Below are positions 61,233-64,000 of a stretch of 64,000 nt of DNA, piece by piece. The notes under the pieces are model-generated. The model was given only the letters and a program-made list of their open reading frames with translations, had not been told where the DNA came from and made no database searches. The DNA is from Pecten maximus (taxonomy: Eukaryota): assembly GCF_902652985.1 (NCBI RefSeq), contig NC_047026.1:19778001-19842000 (forward strand), in the 5' to 3' direction. A program made the position numbers and the translations under genes. Position 1 is the first letter of the stretch; each line of letters opens with the position of its first letter.

Positions 61233-64000
61233 CAGTCTGCGACGTTAACCGCAGGCCCGAGACCCGGGGCCTTTAAAAATATGGTCGGGCCTATAGTTTC
61301 CCCAAACCCACAGGCCCGACGGACCTATGAAATTTCAAAAAAGAAAATTTTATATATAAGGTAATAATTCATCTATCTTAAACACGAAGCCATACTTTTT
61401 CATCGCGGTAAAATGGTAAAACTAAAATACGAAGTCATTGCATGTCGTCACACAACAGTCGAAACACGGTAGAGGCTTACAGTTGATCTTCCGGTCTAAG
61501 GGAAGTAACTCTAATTTACCTAGAAATACATTTCCGGTTCGAAAATGGCTGGCTTGCTCCGGTATGTTGATGGGGCAAAGCCCGGAAAAAAACTTGTAAT
61601 AGAAAGCAAGCATATTTCTTCAGACAAAAAGTATGAAGATAAGAGGGTGCGTAAATTCCTGGCCGAATGGAACAAGGGAAGGCCTTGGCTAAGGTACGAA
61701 AATGACAAAATGTATTGTGAATGTTGTCGGGAAAACGAAACTACCGGCGCTTTTTGTGTCGGCACAACAAACTTCAAACTGACTGCAGTTAAACAGCATG
61801 AGAGCTGTAATGTTCATAAGAAATTTGCTTTGAAATATTTAAGGCCAAAAACAGTCGAAAAAAGCCAGGCAGCGGAATGTCTCATGAAACTGAAAAAAGC
61901 AGAGTATGACAGGCTTGTCATAAAGTTCAGGACAGCACACGCTATAGCAAAATCTCATCAGAGTTTTCGTTTTTACAACACTATGTGTAGACTCGACAAA
62001 GCCAAGGGCCTTGACATTGGCAGCTCATACTTGAATGACAAATCGGCTTCAACTTTTGTACAGACTATTGCTGATGTTACCCAGGACAATGTGAGAGAAA
62101 AGATCCTCAAGTCCAAATATTTGAGCTTCACCTGTGATGGCAGTACAGACTTCACTGGAGAGGATATGGAAAATGTGTATGTGCGTGTCGTTGTCGACGG
62201 AATTGTTGAAGATTTATTTCTTTACATTGGGACTGCTAATTCTGCTGGAAGTGCAGATATTTTCAGATTTCTGATGGAGACATTTGATAATCTGTCCTTG
62301 AATGTAGAGGAAAAGGTCATAGGGTTTTGTGCTGATGGGGCCTCAAACATGCAAGGTATGTTTATAATGTAGATTGTGCTCCACAAATTAGTCATAGTTG
62401 TATGACAAAATCACATTTTATCATGCTAATTAGTAATATTATCTTTTATTAACAATCTGTTTTAGTTAACTTATACTTCAGAGTTTTAAGCATTGTAACA
62501 GTTGTTCTAGAATCACAATAATCAGGAAAAATAAAATTCAAATATAAATCAAATTAAGTTCAGAAAATAATTTTTCATTATCAAAAAATCCAACATGTCT
62601 GCAAATTGACTGCAATAAAATTAAATTTCAAAAATTATTTCGGGTACAAAAACTGGTCTGGCAGCACTCCTAAAGGAGAAATGGCCTCATATCTTCATTA
62701 CCCATTGCTTGGCACATCGCCTGGAGTTAGCCTTCAAGGATGCTATCAAGAAATCTGCTGTTTATGATAAGATGACTACTCTTCTTCTTGAAATTTACTA
62801 CCTGTACAGAAAAAGTCCAAAACAGAAAAAAATATTGGGCAGGGCATTTGAGGCATTGGGCATGACAGTGATTCTGCCATCACAAGTTGGAGGAACCAGA
62901 TGGCTTCCCCACCTTCAGCGGGCTATTTCTGCTTTTATTAAGGGTTTCCGAGCATTTGTTTCAGCTTGAAACTTCCTCCCATGACAACCCTAAGGCAGAA
63001 GGCCTTGCAAAGCTTGCAAGTGATGGAAATGTCATCATCTTCATTCTCCAGTTAAAGGTGCATGATCCTTATCTACTATAATTGCAGAAAAATAAATAAA
63101 TTATGGTTAAACATTACATTGAGGATTAAGTTTTGAAACATTATTTTTCATTCAATTTGTTGTTCATGAAAAGTTTAATAACAAAATAGTATCTTATTAA
63201 ATAATGTATATCATAAAATGTAATTACAGATGATCATCGGTGTCCTCGCAAGGTTGTCTCCGTATCTGCAGCGCCGAGAACTTTGTATAGGAGATGCGTA
63301 CATGCGTGTGAAGGCTACTAAAGCTGAATTGCTACAAATACTTCAATCGTAAGTATATGCTGACGGTTGATATGTTCAGATGGAAATAATATTACAATTT
63401 CAGTATTGAAGTCTTGGGTTTATTCAAAGTTGAGATGCATAATTGGTATTGTATGTCAGTTGATGAATTGAAATTATCTTAATGATTTCGGCAGTGAGTG
63501 TGAGGAAGTTGCCAACATCTTGGTGTCCAATGAGTATCAGGACCAGAAGCTGACTTTCAAAGGACGAAAAACCTGAACCCATTCCTTCTGCCCTTATTTA
63601 AGCCCTGATCAAAGCCATTGATACACGCTTTCCTCATACTGGTACATCTCTGGTGGATGCGACACTTGTTGCAAACTTCAATACTTGGCCAGATCCGACG
63701 GAACTTACGAAAGATACTTCTCTAGGTTAATCATAGTTCTAAATTTTGAAAATTACTTAACATTTTGGTTGATGTCATTGGTTGGACCCTTTCACTCATT
63801 TTTTTGTTGTTGTTTTTTTTTTTTTTTTTTTTTCATTTCAGTTGGTCTTCATTTGCTGTTTTGACAAGTGTTGATGATCTTGTTAATATCAAGAACATAA
63901 AAATTAAAGTTTTATTTTTGTGGCAAATATAGTATCACATGTAAATATAGTAAATATGTTACAGAGTTTGGAAAAGAAAACATACAGCAAATTTTTGAAC
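61233..64000 (+). mobile_element. hAT DNA transposon (left end probably cagtctgcgacgttaac at 61233), continuing past the window
   Basis: CAG-starting end followed by GC-rich subterminal ggcccga repeats, upstream of the transposase. Confidence 0.7.
61545..63725 (+). pseudogene. ZNF862-like hAT transposase with TTF-type zinc finger; exon 1 (61545-62355) intact, later exons disrupted
   Basis: RKFLAEW..RPWL..MYCECC..F..G..NFK..VKQHE..H; FTCDGSTD; CADGASNMQG; HCLAHRLELA; GGTRW. The exon 2 acceptor reads cg, there is a frameshift at ~62965 and a stop at ~63574. Confidence 0.88.

Overview
This is AT-rich animal genomic DNA. The repeat families (Helentron-derived elements carrying satellites, Nin/Meta-type SINEs, a tRNA-bearing TRIM) suggest a bivalve mollusc; that assignment is inference. 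Most of the window is nested transposable elements: an intact two-ORF non-LTR retrotransposon (PHD-finger ORF1; APE+RT ORF2), a 7.6-kb foldback element with a 9-bp TSD, a 417-bp TRIM with tRNA-like LTRs, a decayed IS3EU-type element (integrase-core transposase plus HECT remnant), a decayed ISL2EU-type element (THAP-DDE transposase plus YqaJ exonuclease), a Gypsy element running into a 500-N gap, a decayed hAT transposase, a Harbinger fragment, SINEs, MITEs and several minisatellites. The only apparently intact genes not assignable to a known TE are two tandem, highly diverged three-exon paralogues (17112-21529 and 25883-31368). They share intron positions, a Cys cluster and motifs resembling a PD-(D/E)xK nuclease fold. 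Other highlights are a candidate -1 ribosomal frameshift joining the LINE ORF1 and ORF2, and a 36-bp palindromic micro-transposon with a 7-bp TSD.
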